In this document: positions 50,914 through 64,000 of the stretch, piece by piece
Position numbering within the stretch: the stretch's first letter is position 1
Layout of the letters: every line of letters begins with the position of its first letter
Assembly: GCA_951406725.2 (NCBI GenBank)
Contig: OX597816.1
Span: forward strand, 17,918,001 to 17,982,000
Direction: 5' to 3'
DNA: 64,000 nt
DNA from: Octopus vulgaris
Taxonomy: Eukaryota
Translations under genes and position numbers: made by a program
Notes under the pieces: model-generated
Database searches by the model: none
The model's input: the letters and a program-made list of their open reading frames with translations, nothing else
What the model was told of the DNA's origin: nothing

Positions 50914-51333
50914 TTATTCTTTTATTCTTTTACTTGTTTCAGTCATTTGACTGCGGCCATGCTGGAGCACCGCCTTTAGTCGAATCAAATCGATACGAGG
51001 ACTTATTCTTTGTAAGCCTACTACTTATTATATCGGTCTCTTTTTGCCGAACCGCTAAGTTACGGGGACCTAAACACACCAGCATCGGTTGTCAAGCGAT
51101 GTTGGGGGGTGGGGGACAGACACAGATACACAACATATACACACACATATACATATATATGCATATATATGACGGGCTTCTTTCAATTTCCGTCTACGAA
51201 ATCCACTCACAAAGCTTTGGTCAGCCCGAGGCTATAGTAGAAGACACTTGCCGAAGGTGTCACGCAGTGGGACTGGATCCAGAACCATGTGGTTGGTAAG
51301 CAAGCTACTTACGACACAGCCACTCCTACGCCT
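50914..51333 (-). mobile_element. SINE group A
   Basis: Full head, body and tail. Confidence 0.9.
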
Positions 51334-51573
51334 ATTGGAAAGTTTCTAAACCTAACCACATTCTTACGCCACTGAAAATAAAACAAACCACAATGAAATA
51401 TAAGGGATACGGTATAACAATGCCTTATATTTTCTTCTATGTCAAAATATGACTGTATGATAAGCAGACATACCAAAAATAATCTTTAGCTCTTTTACTG
51501 CCTTTAATCACTAGACTGCAATCATGGTGGAGGCACCGTCCAGACGTGGTTTTTGTTGGTCGTATGACACCTT

Positions 51574-52146
51574 CTGGCAGAATCGTTAGCACGCCGGGCG
51601 AAATGTTTAGCGGTAGTTCGTCTGCTGCTACGTTCTGAGTTCAAATTCCGCCGAGGTCTACTTTGCCTTTCATCCTTTCGGAGTCGATAAATTAAGTACC
51701 AGTTACGCACTGGGGTCGATGTAATCGAATTAATCCGTTTGTCTGTCCTTGTTTGTCTCCTCTGTGTAGTAAAGAAATTGGTATTTCGTCTGCTGCAACG
51801 TTCTGAGTTCAAATTCCGCCGAGGTCGACTTTGCCTTTCATCCTTTCGGGGTGGATAAATTAAGTACCAGTTACGCACTGGGGTCGATGTAATCGACTTA
51901 ATCCGTTTGTCTGTCCTTGTTTGTCTATCTGTGTTTAGCCCCTTGTGGGTAGTAAAGAAATTGGTATTTCGTCTGCCGTTACGTTCTGAGTTCAAATTCC
52001 GCCGAGGTCGACTTTGCCTTTCATCCTTTCGGGGTCGATAAATTAAGTACCAGTTACGCACTGGGGTCGATATAATCGACTTAATCCGTTTGTCTGTCCT
52101 TGTTTGTCCCTTCTTTGTTTAGCACCTTGTGGGTAGTAAAGAAATA
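51574..52146 (+). mobile_element. SINE group B tandem trimer
   Basis: Units at about 51574-51779, 51780-51962 and 51963-52146. Units 2 and 3 both start at ggtatttcgtctg. Confidence 0.9.
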
Positions 52147-52419
52147 AATATATATAATTCAATTACGGTACTTGTCCCTGGCAAATAAATGGATATTGAT
52201 ACAGACATCACATCTCTGACTGACGTTAAATGTAGCGGCAGCCACACAGATGTACATGCATATTTTGGGGAACACATACGAAATAGAAACCGAAAAATCG
52301 GGCCCATGATTCTGGCTAGGCATTAAAAGGGCGCATTTATTTTTTTACATATATATATATATATACATATATATAAATACACACACATACAAATATATCT
52401 ATATCTATATACATATGTA

Positions 52420-52652
52420 CAGAAGGAGCGGGTTACACCGGAGTAAACACATAAATGTGAAACAAGGTGGGAAAAAGAGTACTCAAATACCAGTGGTAGA
52501 GTAATATGCTTTATTTTAAGCAGCAGAAAATTCAACAAAATCTGTTACTCTAAGTTTCTCGTTGCCGTTCATCTGATGAACGGCAACGAGAAACTCAGAG
52601 TAACAGATTTTGTTGAATTTTCTGCTGCTTAAAATAAAGCATATTACTCTAC
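52420..52652 (-). mobile_element. Fold-back element, 78-bp arms, apex inside a hammerhead core
   Basis: Arms 52496-52573/52575-52652 with one mismatch. The plus strand reads CUGAUGA-ACG-GCAA-CGA-GAAA-CUCAGAG-UA at 52573-52602, then AAUAAA. Confidence 0.8.
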
Positions 52653-52824
52653 ATATGTACATATATAGATATACATACGTATATGCCTACATATTTGCAT
52701 CTATACATATATATTGGTATGTGCATGTGTCTCTACTTATTTACCTATGAGTGTGTGCGTGGGTGTTGGTGTGTACGTAAATTATGAGTTCCATACAGTT
52801 TCCACGTACTTCTATAAATGATGA

Positions 52825-52860
52825 GACTTTCACCATAGCCTTAAGGCTATGGTGAAAGTC
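52825..52860. repeat. Perfect 36-bp palindrome
   Basis: gactttcaccatagcctt|aaggctatggtgaaagtc. Confidence 0.9.
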
Positions 52861-53050
52861 AATCCCACAGTTTCCGAATTGCTACGCACCAACATTCAAC
52901 CTGACACCACCTCGATGCGTAACAAACTTCTTAACGACACAACCATACCTGCTTGCGTCGACACTATTTATTCCAAAAATTTACTGAAGCAAAAGACATA
53001 TCCAAGAAAATAAAAGTGATTAGTTAAACAGATATAATATATTACTGTTC

Positions 53051-53500
53051 AGGCGGCGAGCTGGCAGAAACGTTAGCACGTCGGGCGAAATGCGTAGTCG
53101 TATTTCTTCTGCCGTTACGTTCTTAGTTCAAATTCCGCCGAGGTCGACTTTACCTTTCATCCTTTTGGGGTCGATAAATCAAGTGCCAGCTACGCACTTG
53201 GGTCGATGTAATCAACTTAATCCGTTTGTCTGTCTTTGTTTGTCCCATCTATGTTTAGCTCCTTATGGGCAATAAAGAAATAAGAAACGTTAGCACGCCT
53301 GGCGAAATGCTTTGTGGTATTTCTTCCGCCGCTGCGTTCTGAGTTCAAATTCCGCCGAGGTCAACTTTGCCTTTCATCATTTCGTGGTCGATAAATTAAG
53401 TATCAGTTACGCACTGGGGTCGATGTGATCGACTTAATCCGTTTGTCTGTCCTTGTTTGTCCCCTCTCTGATTAGCCCCTTGTGGACAATAAAGAAATAA
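53051..53500 (+). mobile_element. SINE group B dimer
   Basis: The second unit restarts at agaaacgttagcacg (about 53283). Confidence 0.88.
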
Positions 53501-54364
53501 GATACAATATGTTAACTGGTATAAATTTCATATGTTTCTCGTTGTGTACGAATCTTAATGACACACTATATGAAATTTCATATTTTATTAGTTCTACCTT
53601 GTATACACCCATAACATAGAGAGCATTAAATCATTCAAGTCTTCTTTATATATTTCTTATCCTTTCTATTACCGATACCAAAATATTTTCCATTATGTAA
53701 TACGAAGTAGTCAAATATACTGCAACGTTTACAACTCTGGTAATATGATTCCACAAAAACTTCCTCCAATCAATTTTCCATCATTCATTGTAAAGCATTG
53801 TAAAGCTATGTAAACTCAAGAGGCGATATATTTCATTATGACTAAGTGCGTTCCTTTTATACCTAAATAACAACCAGCACTTCAGCATTAATTTTGTTTT
53901 ACAATTTTCTAACTCCCGATATCGATAGATTAAAACTATTTTATATTTTAAACAAAAATTCATAAAACTAAAATAAACACCAGTTTTGTCCAAAGTCTAC
54001 ATCGACATCGACATCGAAAATTGAGAGAAACAGATCTATAGAAAATTGGAATATATTGGTATTATTTTCTTTTCTTTTATTTTCTTTTATTTTCTATTAT
54101 TTGTTTTCCATCACACAACCATTGCTTCTACAATCACTATGGAGAAATCTCTTGACTAGGAGTCTGACCATAAAAGCTGAATAAAACGATTGTAAAGATT
54201 TTCATCTTAATATTCTTCGATAATTATAATACTGGAAATAATTCATAATATATATATATTCCAATAATATATGTACATATATATATGTGTATATGTATGT
54301 ATATGTGTGTGAGCATATCTATATTTAAATCAATATCCATATATCTAGATTTGCATTTATGCCT

Positions 54365-54635
<271 letters not shown>

Positions 54636-55655
54636 TGTTTTTAAACGCATACATCCGCATAAAGACAAGCAACGCACTTGCATGAGATAGATGTATAGAT
54701 GCCTACAAACACACTACATTTGTGTGTAGAGAGATAGATACACGGAGAGAGGGAGAGAGGGGAAGAGAAAGAGAGAGCAGGTGAGGAAAAGAAGGAGAGA
54801 GAAAGTGAGAGAGAGAGAGAGGGGGTGAGGGAAAGAAAGAGAGAGGGAGAAAGTGAGAGAGAGAGATAGGTGGTTGGACAGATAGATACATAACATCTTG
54901 CGAACCATATACTCCTGGGCGTTAGGCCACAATATTCTCGACTAATACCAAACTACAATATTTGAAGCCACATTATTCGTCAACTAAATAATCTTGTAGA
55001 AATTTGGACTAACTCAAAACACTTTTGCAACAAAACTTTATGTGTAAATGCATATGAAGCGGTGGGGACAGTTCCTGTCTCTCTTTCTCTATAAAACCGA
55101 ACTCACGATTTTCTTTGCAGTCAGCTTCCACAGATGAGAGTTCACACCAACATTTGCACGATACTATGGCACGAGGACGCTTTTTTGGCGTCACGCTCTG
55201 GGGTAAAATGTTGTGGAGTCGGTCACTTGTGCGCCATGGTAACCGAGTAGCCGACCCTATGCGTCCCAAGAATCGACATAGTAATGTCTAAGGAGTAATG
55301 ATGAGGAGGATGTGGAGAGGGTTAGGGAGGAGAATTTCTCTTTGCTGAGGTAAAAAATACTTCGAGAGAATTCAACTTGGCTTTAAAAATCAAACAGATA
55401 AGTTACGAATATATGAATTAATCCCAATATATTCCATCCGATGTAATTACAGGTAAACTTGTTAAATAATTGCTATCATTATCTGTGATGGTAAGGCTGA
55501 AGCCGTTCCTCTTTGAACAAACTAAACGTACGGCATATATGTGAATATATAATTTTTGTGTGTGTTTTAATGCAGTAATAGTAGAATTTAGTGATGTTAA
55601 GGACATGTATAATCAAATATATTGTGACATATATAATGCGTGTCTATCACTCTCA

Positions 55656-55721
<66 letters not shown>

Positions 55722-55904
55722 CTTATATAAGATAAATTTTTTTTCAGAAAAAAATTTCATCAAAAGCGGCAGCATATTAAAATACAATTAAAAGTTAAAA
55801 TTATAAACAACGTATTAACAAGGGCAAAAGAAAAGTTATTTCTATGCCTATATATTTCTCAGCATATTGGCATAGAACTAATTATTTTGCCCTTGTTTAT
55901 AAGT

Positions 55905-55969
<65 letters not shown>

Positions 55970-55973
<4 letters not shown>

Positions 55974-56175
55974 CATATCAAATATATGTCAATATTTGTT
56001 TGTATATTATAATACAAATTTTATATCAAACTGAAAAATTGCTGAATTCTTTTGGTAGAGTAAAAATTTATCATTCTTTAACAAGAATATTATCTTTTGG
56101 ACTGACTAATGACGGGTTACCTGGTCGAAACCCCGAGGTCACAGTAAATACTATTCTTTATAAAGAATGATATAT
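55970..56175 (+). mobile_element. TA-adjacent short element with degenerate hammerhead (56101-56145)
   Basis: ACUGA-CUAAUGA-cggguuaccugguc-GAAA-CCCCGAGG-UC/ACAGU. G5 is mutated and stem II is damaged. Confidence 0.5.
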
Positions 56176-56847
56176 TTGTACTCTGTACAGATATATATGT
56201 ATTTCCGCACACTTTGTGACAGAAAAATGATATACAAAATAAATATGCCCACATAGAAATACACTATGTTATTGAGCTCAATATTTTCAACATTGGCTCA
56301 CTGTGACCTTCTTCCATGCTGTTAATCTATTAGCGAGGAATCACTTAGTGAAGAAGCATGATAATGTTAGACCAAATGCATTTTCCTTCTGTAGCTATCT
56401 CCATAATGATACCGAACTTAAATTGTGAGTTGTTTTTTCCCCACTATCTAGAAATATTTCCCACTTATAGCAAAAACGTTTTTCTAGAAATATTTCGAAA
56501 GGTATTGTAAACAAATTTCTGTATTGCTTCTCCCCTTTCAAATGAAAACCTTATGTATTCCCCAAACATTTATAATTAACGATTCTAAAGATGTTCAGAA
56601 TGGTGTAAGTGAAAACTGCATTTCGGAAAGTCTCTGTGATGTATTTATAAAAGTAAGCAGTATGCAGGAAAAAAATGTATATTTATTGAAACAGCTATAA
56701 GCGCTTAAGTAATGTAAACTTGATTCACGATAATAGCTAGATACATATATGTGTAAACTCTAGAAGTTATTTGCATCGTCATAATTCCCTAAAAATAATG
56801 ATTTTCTAAATTGTTACACTTGTAAATCATATGTGAAATCAATTATA

Positions 56848-57081
56848 TATTTCTTTACAACCCACAAGGGGCTTAACACAGAGGGAACGAACAAGGACAG
56901 ATAATCGGATTAAGTCAATTACATCGACCCCAGTGCGTAACTGGTACTTATTTAATCGACCCCGAAAGGATGAGAGGCAAAGTCGACCTCGGCGGAATTT
57001 GAACTCAGAACGTAACGGTAGACGAAATACGGCTACGCATTTCGCCCGGCGTGCTAACGTTTCTGCCAGCTCGCCGCCTTT
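56848..57081 (-). mobile_element. SINE group B monomer
   Basis: 16-bp TSD tgtgaaatcaattata at 56832-56847/57082-57097. Confidence 0.92.
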
Positions 57082-57129
57082 TGTGAAATCAATTATAGTA
57101 ACTGACGTCATGTGCGGTCCTTTATTAAA

Positions 57130-57630
57130 AGCCGAGTTGGCAGAATCATGAAATTATCGTACAAAATACCAAATAGCATTTGGTTCGGATCTTTACGTTC
57201 CGAGCTCAAATTCCTCCGAGGTCGACATTAATTTTTACCCTCCTGGATCGATAAAATAATTAGCAGTTAAATGCTGAGCTTTGAAGCGCTTCGACTGTCT
57301 TTATGTTCTGATTTCAAATTACGCTGAGGTCGACTCCGGGAGGGGGAGGGGGTCGTGTAATCAACTACCCCATCTCTCAAAAATTACGGGCGTTCTGTCA
57401 AAATGTGGAACTATAAGCTCTAATGAAAAGGAGTCGAGCGAGCAGAATAAAATATATAAAAATACCGCTTAGCATCATTTATTTCAGTTTCTTTTACATT
57501 CCGAGTTCAAATGCCGCCGAGGTCATTTTTGCCCTTCATCCTTTCGGAGTCGTCAAAACAAGTACCAGTTGACCACGATATTTCCGCCTACCTTTAAAAT
57601 TTCTGGTCTTGTGCCAACATTAGGGAAAAT
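57130..57630 (+). mobile_element. Old diverged group B-related multimer
   Basis: Three degenerate ttacgttccgag.tcaaat...ccgaggtcgac cores. Confidence 0.6.
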
Positions 57631-57721
57631 GTATTTCTAATTTAGTTACACTGCCAGGAGTTTGAGGAAAGTATTTAGTCGATGGAAGAGAAGTTAAACT
57701 GCAGCGATGTTCAGGTTCATT

Positions 57722-58083
57722 ATCCTTTTCTACTCTAGGCACAAGGCCCGAAATTTTTAGAGGGGGAGCCAGTCGATTAGATCGACCCCAGTACGCAACT
57801 GTTACTTAATCTATCGATTCCGAAAGGATGAAAGGCAAAGTCGACCTTGGCGGAATTTGAACTCAGAACGTAGCGGCAGACGAAATACCTATTTCTTTAC
57901 TACCCACGTGGGGCCAAACACAGAGAGGACAAACAAGGACAGACAAAGGGATTAAGTCGATTATATTGACCCCAGTGCGTAACTGGTACTTAATTTATCG
58001 ACCCCGAAAGGATGAAAGGCAAAATCGACCTTGGCGGAATTTGAACTCAGAACGTAACGGCAGACGAAATACCGCTAAGCATT
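57722..58083 (-). mobile_element. SINE group B dimer
   Basis: Two cores and tail ttttctactctaggcacaaggcccgaaattt. Confidence 0.88.
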
Positions 58084-58600
58084 AGGCTCATTATGAAAAG
58101 AGACTGAGGAAGTACAGCAAAATATTTCCTCGCCCTCTAACGGTTCTCTCAATCCAACAACTTTAAATGTTTCTGAGATTAATACTAGGTTAGAAAGATG
58201 TTTTAAAAGGTTAACTTGACACCAGTACCTGATTAGAACATTATTAGATGGAGAACAATGTTGTACCCTACGGAACCTGAAGTGGAGTATCTTATTTTAT
58301 TTACCCCAAAAAGTTAAACAGCAGCGTTGACATTGACAAAAAATGAAATCCTCAGATTTAACAATTATTTAAATATGAAGAACACACATTTGGGAAAATG
58401 GGAAAGTCAGTTAAACTGACGCGACTACTTGAGTGGCGATTATTTGATAGAAGCTGGAGGGATGAACGTCAAACCTTATGTCGGCCTAATTTAAATCAGA
58501 GCATATATAAAATCTATGATATAGTTTTGTCCATCTCTCGGTTCGGCCAAAAAACTACATAGAATAAGGAAAATGTTACTTCTACTACTACTAACAACTA

Positions 58601-58804
58601 TTACTCTTTACTCTTTTACTCTTTTACTTGTTTCAGTCATTTGACTGCGGCCATGCTGGAGCACCGCCTTTAGTCGAGCAAATCGACCCCGGACTTATTC
58701 TTTGTAAGCCCAGTACTTACTCTATCGGTCTCTTTTGCCGAACCGCTAAGTGACGGGGACGTAAACACACCAGCATCGCTTGTCAAGCGATGCTAGGGGG
58801 ACAA

Positions 58805-58869
<65 letters not shown>

Positions 58870-59030
58870 TACGACAGGCTTCTTTCAGTTTCCGTCTACC
58901 AAATCCACTCACAAGGCATTGGTCGGCCCGGGGCTATAGCAGAAGACACTTGCCCAAGATGCCACGCAGTGGGACTGAACCCGGAACCATGTGGTTGGTT
59001 AGCAAGCTACTTACCACACAGCCACTCTTG
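58601..59030 (-). mobile_element. SINE group A
   Basis: Full head, body and tail. Confidence 0.9.
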
Positions 59031-60382
59031 ATTCAAATTTTCGGATAAGGTTAGAAATTTTCGATGGAGGCTAGAAGTTGATTATATCAACCGCAGTGTT
59101 CAACTGGTAGTTATTTTTTTTTATTGCTCTCGAAATGAGGAAAGACAAAATTGTCCTTGGCGGAGTGTCAACTCGGAACTTGGCTAGCACTTTCATTTTA
59201 TCAGCTCCTGAAAAAATGAAACGCGTAAGGCCACACATTTACATCAACTCCACTCTTTGGTTGACACTTTACTTTAGACAAATCGTACGAATCAGTCCAG
59301 TTCTCATTTTGACGACATGATGTTGAACTCAGAACAAAACTGAAAAAAAATAATCTATAATTCATTTTTGTACATCGCTCGGTTCTGCAAACCAACACAG
59401 CATATAGAAAATGTTGCTGCTGCGGCCATTATCACTACTACTATTAATGATAATAACAACAACAACAACAATAATAATAATAATAATATCTCTACTTATT
59501 ATTATGAAGACATTAATCGAAATAAGGGTACATATGCGGTTGCTATGACAGGGGAAAAAAAAACAAAGTAGAACAGAAAATATTGATAAAGCGAATGGAA
59601 CGTAGCGTAGAATATGCAGTATAGGAGGAGAAGAAGAAGAAAAAGAAAGCTGAGTGGTGTATGATAAACCACTATTACTTGTGATCTGAGGAATAAAAAA
59701 AAAAATATTCCACAAACAGATTTGTTGTTTATGCATAGAACTTTCTCTTGTTTTTGACGTGTTTTTTTTAAACAAATATGTTTGTGGACTAAGCCATTAG
59801 TTACGATTAGCGTTAAATCGTATTTGAAATGTACCGAAGGATTTGTGTTAGCATCATGTATTTTCATTAAGATGCCAACATTTGTGATCCAGTTGAGAGG
59901 AAAATCAATACAGCCAGCATCGTTTTCAGCCGAGATTTAAATATATCGCTTGTGTGACTTTTCGTTTCATCCCTCCTATCGCCAGCGTTGTTTCAAATGA
60001 CTTTATCGTTTGGTGTCATAACAGACACACACCACACAGGCAGAGAGCAGAGACATACGCCATTCAGAATATATGCCACCTCATGTATAAATCAGTGAAT
60101 AAATGTATTTATACGCATGAGGTATATATTATATACATACAAACATGTTTAGCATGTATATATATATATACATGCTAGACATGTTTAGTCGTATACACAC
60201 AACGTTCATATGTGTACATACATGAGGCACGTATATATGCCAAATTTATATATATATATATATGTGTGTGTGTGTACGGATGTGTGTGTATGTACATATA
60301 TGTGTATGTATATATATATACATATATATATGTATATATATATATACATATATGTATATATCTGCGTATGCATCTATAATCT

Positions 60383-60945
60383 TCCTTCTGTTGGTTGCCA
60401 GAGCACTAGCTTGTTAGCAATTCCATCAGTATGTCTGATGCAGTGTCCAGCTAGCCTCTTCCTATGCTGTATCTTCAATGTTACTTATGGTGGTCCCTGG
60501 TATAAGTGTTGGAACTTGTTGTATGACTCTTCCAAGAGACATTGAATGCCATTCTAAGCATCCTCGTATAACAACCGTCCAACTGCTTCTTCAATTCTTT
60601 GGTGAGCGTCCATGTTTCAGCCCCGTATAGAAGAACAGACTCCACTGTTGCCAGAAACAACATTACTTTCAATTTCCTTGCTAACTTTGAACTGCAAACC
60701 TTTCTCAGATTATGGCATGCACTCCAGGCAAGAGCTTTCCTTGCTACAACGTCTTTTTCAGTACATTGTGTCCAGGCACCAACGTATTTGAAATTTTCAA
60801 CTATCTTCAGAGACGTACAGTCTCCTACTTTCACTGACACAGGCATTTCGTGGTTGAATATGTGCAGCTCTGGTTTCTTTACTTTACAGTACAATCCTAC
60901 CTTCCCCGATTCATCCACAGTATCAAACACATCCCATTTGATTAA
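60383..60945 (-). pseudogene. RTE-clade LINE reverse transcriptase C-terminal/thumb fragment
   Basis: VENFKYVGAW...KALAWSACHNLRKV...VESVLLYGAETWTLTK..KQLDGCYTRMLRM, then frameshifted RLAGHCIRH...LVLWQP. Confidence 0.9.
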
Positions 60946-61429
60946 AGTCTGTAGTGTACGATTGAGTGAAGTCTGACTATTCTTTGCAAAAAGAGAGCCT
61001 CTCGTAAGCTAATAGACGTATTTGATGTCTCACCACAAAAGTAAAGACAAAACTCAAAAGACAAACGAAACTAAACAAGAAACACACTAATAAGAATAAT
61101 TCCAATTCCCAGTTTTCGTACATTAATCTCTGACACTGTTTAGTTAATATAGTTATCGGATTTATTGGCATATGGATAACAATCAACTTTTTACAGTTTA
61201 AAAGACGCCATTATACACCGAAAGGTATTGCGGTCCTAAACACTTTCGACAATAAGACTGATACGATGTATATTAAACAAAGAAACATACATAACAATTA
61301 TCAATTGCTAATATTTGAAGCCATAATTTGGAGTTAAATCCTAAACTGTTCTGCTTGTAAACAGACGTCATATATAACTCTCAAGCGAGAGCTATAAAAC
61401 AGGTCTTCAGAGAAGGATTCACCTACTCA

Positions 61430-61511
<82 letters not shown>

Positions 61512-61518
<7 letters not shown>

Positions 61519-61660
61519 CGTTTCTGTCTATCTAGGATCTCGGGCATCCTCCATCTGATTGCACTCAAATTTCTTATGTAGATAGCGACGGTATCAGGGT
61601 GTGTATAAGTCTTGAAACAATTACAATAATCGATTCCTGGTGAGAATGCGATCGATAAAG
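61512..61660 (+). mobile_element. Helitron-like 5' fragment
   Basis: (TA)n-aaatgcgtttctgtctatct...atctgattgcactcaaattt has a layout like the 5' end of 4965-5347. Confidence 0.4.
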
Positions 61661-61859
61661 TGATTAAAATCGTTTTTCTTTGGAATAGAAAGGAGTCTAT
61701 CTTTATTTCTTCTTTTGCAGGTGTCTCAAATTTAGGTTAAATCAGTGTTTCTCAAAGGGGAGGCCTATGGCACGGTCGGACAAGTTGTTTTAAGACAATT
61801 TGGTTTAAATGTTTGACAAAACAGCACCGTCCATTGGACGGGGCTGAGTTTTGTTCGTG

Positions 61860-61978
<119 letters not shown>

Positions 61979-62221
61979 AAAACATTCAAACACTAAGATT
62001 GGAAATAAGATATCACTATTGTTAATATCATCTGTGGAAAAAAATCTAAAATCGATGGTCTCAACAGTACTGTTATTTCTCTGATACCTTGGTGCTTTAA
62101 GGTGGTTTGATTTAAATTTTACCTCTTATTTCTAGCAGGTTGATACTTTTTCTGCATCCTTACGCATCGTGCTAATTTATATATAGATATGTATGTATGT
62201 ATATATATATATATATATATA

Positions 62222-62616
<395 letters not shown>

Positions 62617-62716
62617 TATTTATAAAAAAGTGTAGGTGATATACGAGTGGGTATATATTTATAAAAAATAAGTTTGAAAACGCCACTATATAAGATGAAT
62701 TTTAATTTTCTTAGAG

Positions 62717-62764
62717 ATTTTACATGTTTCGGTTCTTCTTGAAAAGACGAACCTTATCAACAAT
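62717..62764 (-). ncRNA. Degenerate hammerhead ribozyme
   Basis: AUUG-UUGAUAA-GGUUC.UCUU-UUC-AAGA.GAACC-GAAA-CAUG-UA/AAAU. Intact stem II, palindromic ACAUGU stem III, and two core transitions. Confidence 0.55.
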
Positions 62765-62924
62765 ATGTAATAAAAAGTGTAATAAAAAAAGTTCATAATA
62801 ATTTCTTACTCGTCGCAACAGAGTTCACGTGGTGGTGTTTTGTTGGGGGGGGGGCATAATGGCTGTCTTGTGCATTGACTAGAATCGTTGGCTGTAATCA
62901 TGAAAGTGACCGTTGGCCGTAATA

Positions 62925-63114
62925 GCAGTAGTAGCAGAGACTGTTGGTCGTAGTAGTAGTAGTATTAGTGAACTTGGTGGTGATGGTGGTTGGAGTTGTA
63001 GCAGTAGTTCATTGACTATAGTAGTAGTAGTAATAGTAGTAGCAGAAGTAGTAATAGTTGTATTAGTAGTAGTAGTAGCAGGAGTAGTAGTAGTGGTAGT
63101 AGTAGTAGTAGTAA

Positions 63115-63155
<41 letters not shown>
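62925..63155. repeat. (AGT)n microsatellite
   Basis: Direct reading. Confidence 0.9.
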
Positions 63156-63167
63156 TTGACAACCGAT

Positions 63168-63324
63168 TACGTTACCGTAACTTAGCGATTCGTCAAAAAG
63201 AAACCGATAGAATAAGTACTAGGCTTACAAAAAATAAGCCCTGGGGTCGATTTGCTCTACTAAAGATGGTGCTCTGGCATGACCGCAGTCAAATGACTGA
63301 AACAAGTAAAAGCGTAAAAGAGTA
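63168..63324 (+). mobile_element. SINE group A 3' fragment
   Basis: ccgtaacttagcg...gactgaaacaagtaaaag. Confidence 0.85.
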
Positions 63325-64000
63325 CATATAACGGTAAAAAAAAAAGTAAACATTAAAATGAACCATACAGGGATCCCCTTTGGCTCACATCTTTTCGGCA
63401 TTGATTCTTTTTTTGTTTTCATCAGTTCTGAGTTGATAATATAAAATGTGAATTACGTAGTGGCTGGATATATTTTGAAAAATATGGTATTCGTTTAAAT
63501 GTTCAGTGAGGATTGTGTCTTAACGTTTCTGACATTACTCCTCCATCAGAAGAAAAGAGAAAAAAAAACTCGGAGAAAACTATATAGAGGAGTGAAAAAA
63601 GAAATATTCAATATACCTAGAAAAGAGAAAAATACAGGACACAGGAAGAGAACGAGTTTATGTGCACAATTCTTTATATGTATATATGTGTATATATGAA
63701 TACATACATTATACATATATATGTATATATTTATATGTATGATTATATATGCGTGTGTATACATTTTGCTGTTATATGTTATTATCACGTGTAATAAAGT
63801 ATAGTTAAATGATGTAATTCATGGTTGCGATGTACAAAATGAAATAAAAAACGCCGAGCTGGATGTGTCCGAATCGGGAGATTGACATAAAAAATAAAAA
63901 CTACCAGCTTACATTTAAAACACTCCATTACGATGTGAGATGAAACCTTTAGGGCTCTCCTTTGATTTTCATCTTTTCACCATTGATTTGTTTCTTCATC

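Noticed and set aside
51522-52061. 179-aa ORF with RPRKDERQSRPRRNLNSER repeats
   Set aside because: It is the antisense translation of the group B SINE trimer, and the same peptide appears at other copies.
51574-52146. Regularly repeated units resembling a CRISPR array
   Set aside because: Units of about 185 bp repeat in full with no unique spacers, in a eukaryotic context with no cas genes.

Overview
AT-rich, repeat-saturated animal genomic DNA. The SINE families and microsatellite load resemble Octopus/coleoid cephalopod DNA, which is recognition from memory and not a database hit. No intact host protein-coding gene is recognisable, and nearly all listed ORFs are microsatellite or SINE artefacts. 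The window holds about 40 tRNA-headed SINE copies in four modular groups (my labels A-D), a full-length dead Tc1 (IR/DR type), a fold-back mariner derivative, nested Helitrons, MITEs, and fragments of RTE, CR1-like and R4/Dong-like LINEs. The most interesting signal is a set of small, non-coding, microsatellite-anchored elements. They carry minimal type I hammerhead ribozyme folds with palindromic stem III: three near-intact and about eight degenerate, in several families that do not visibly align. Some are fold-back inversions whose breakpoints fall at the ribozyme core, and one is a 433-bp terminally redundant, retrozyme-like unit. A separate element has an HDV-like ribozyme fold exactly at its 5' end. 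All folds were assigned by eye, and activity is untested.
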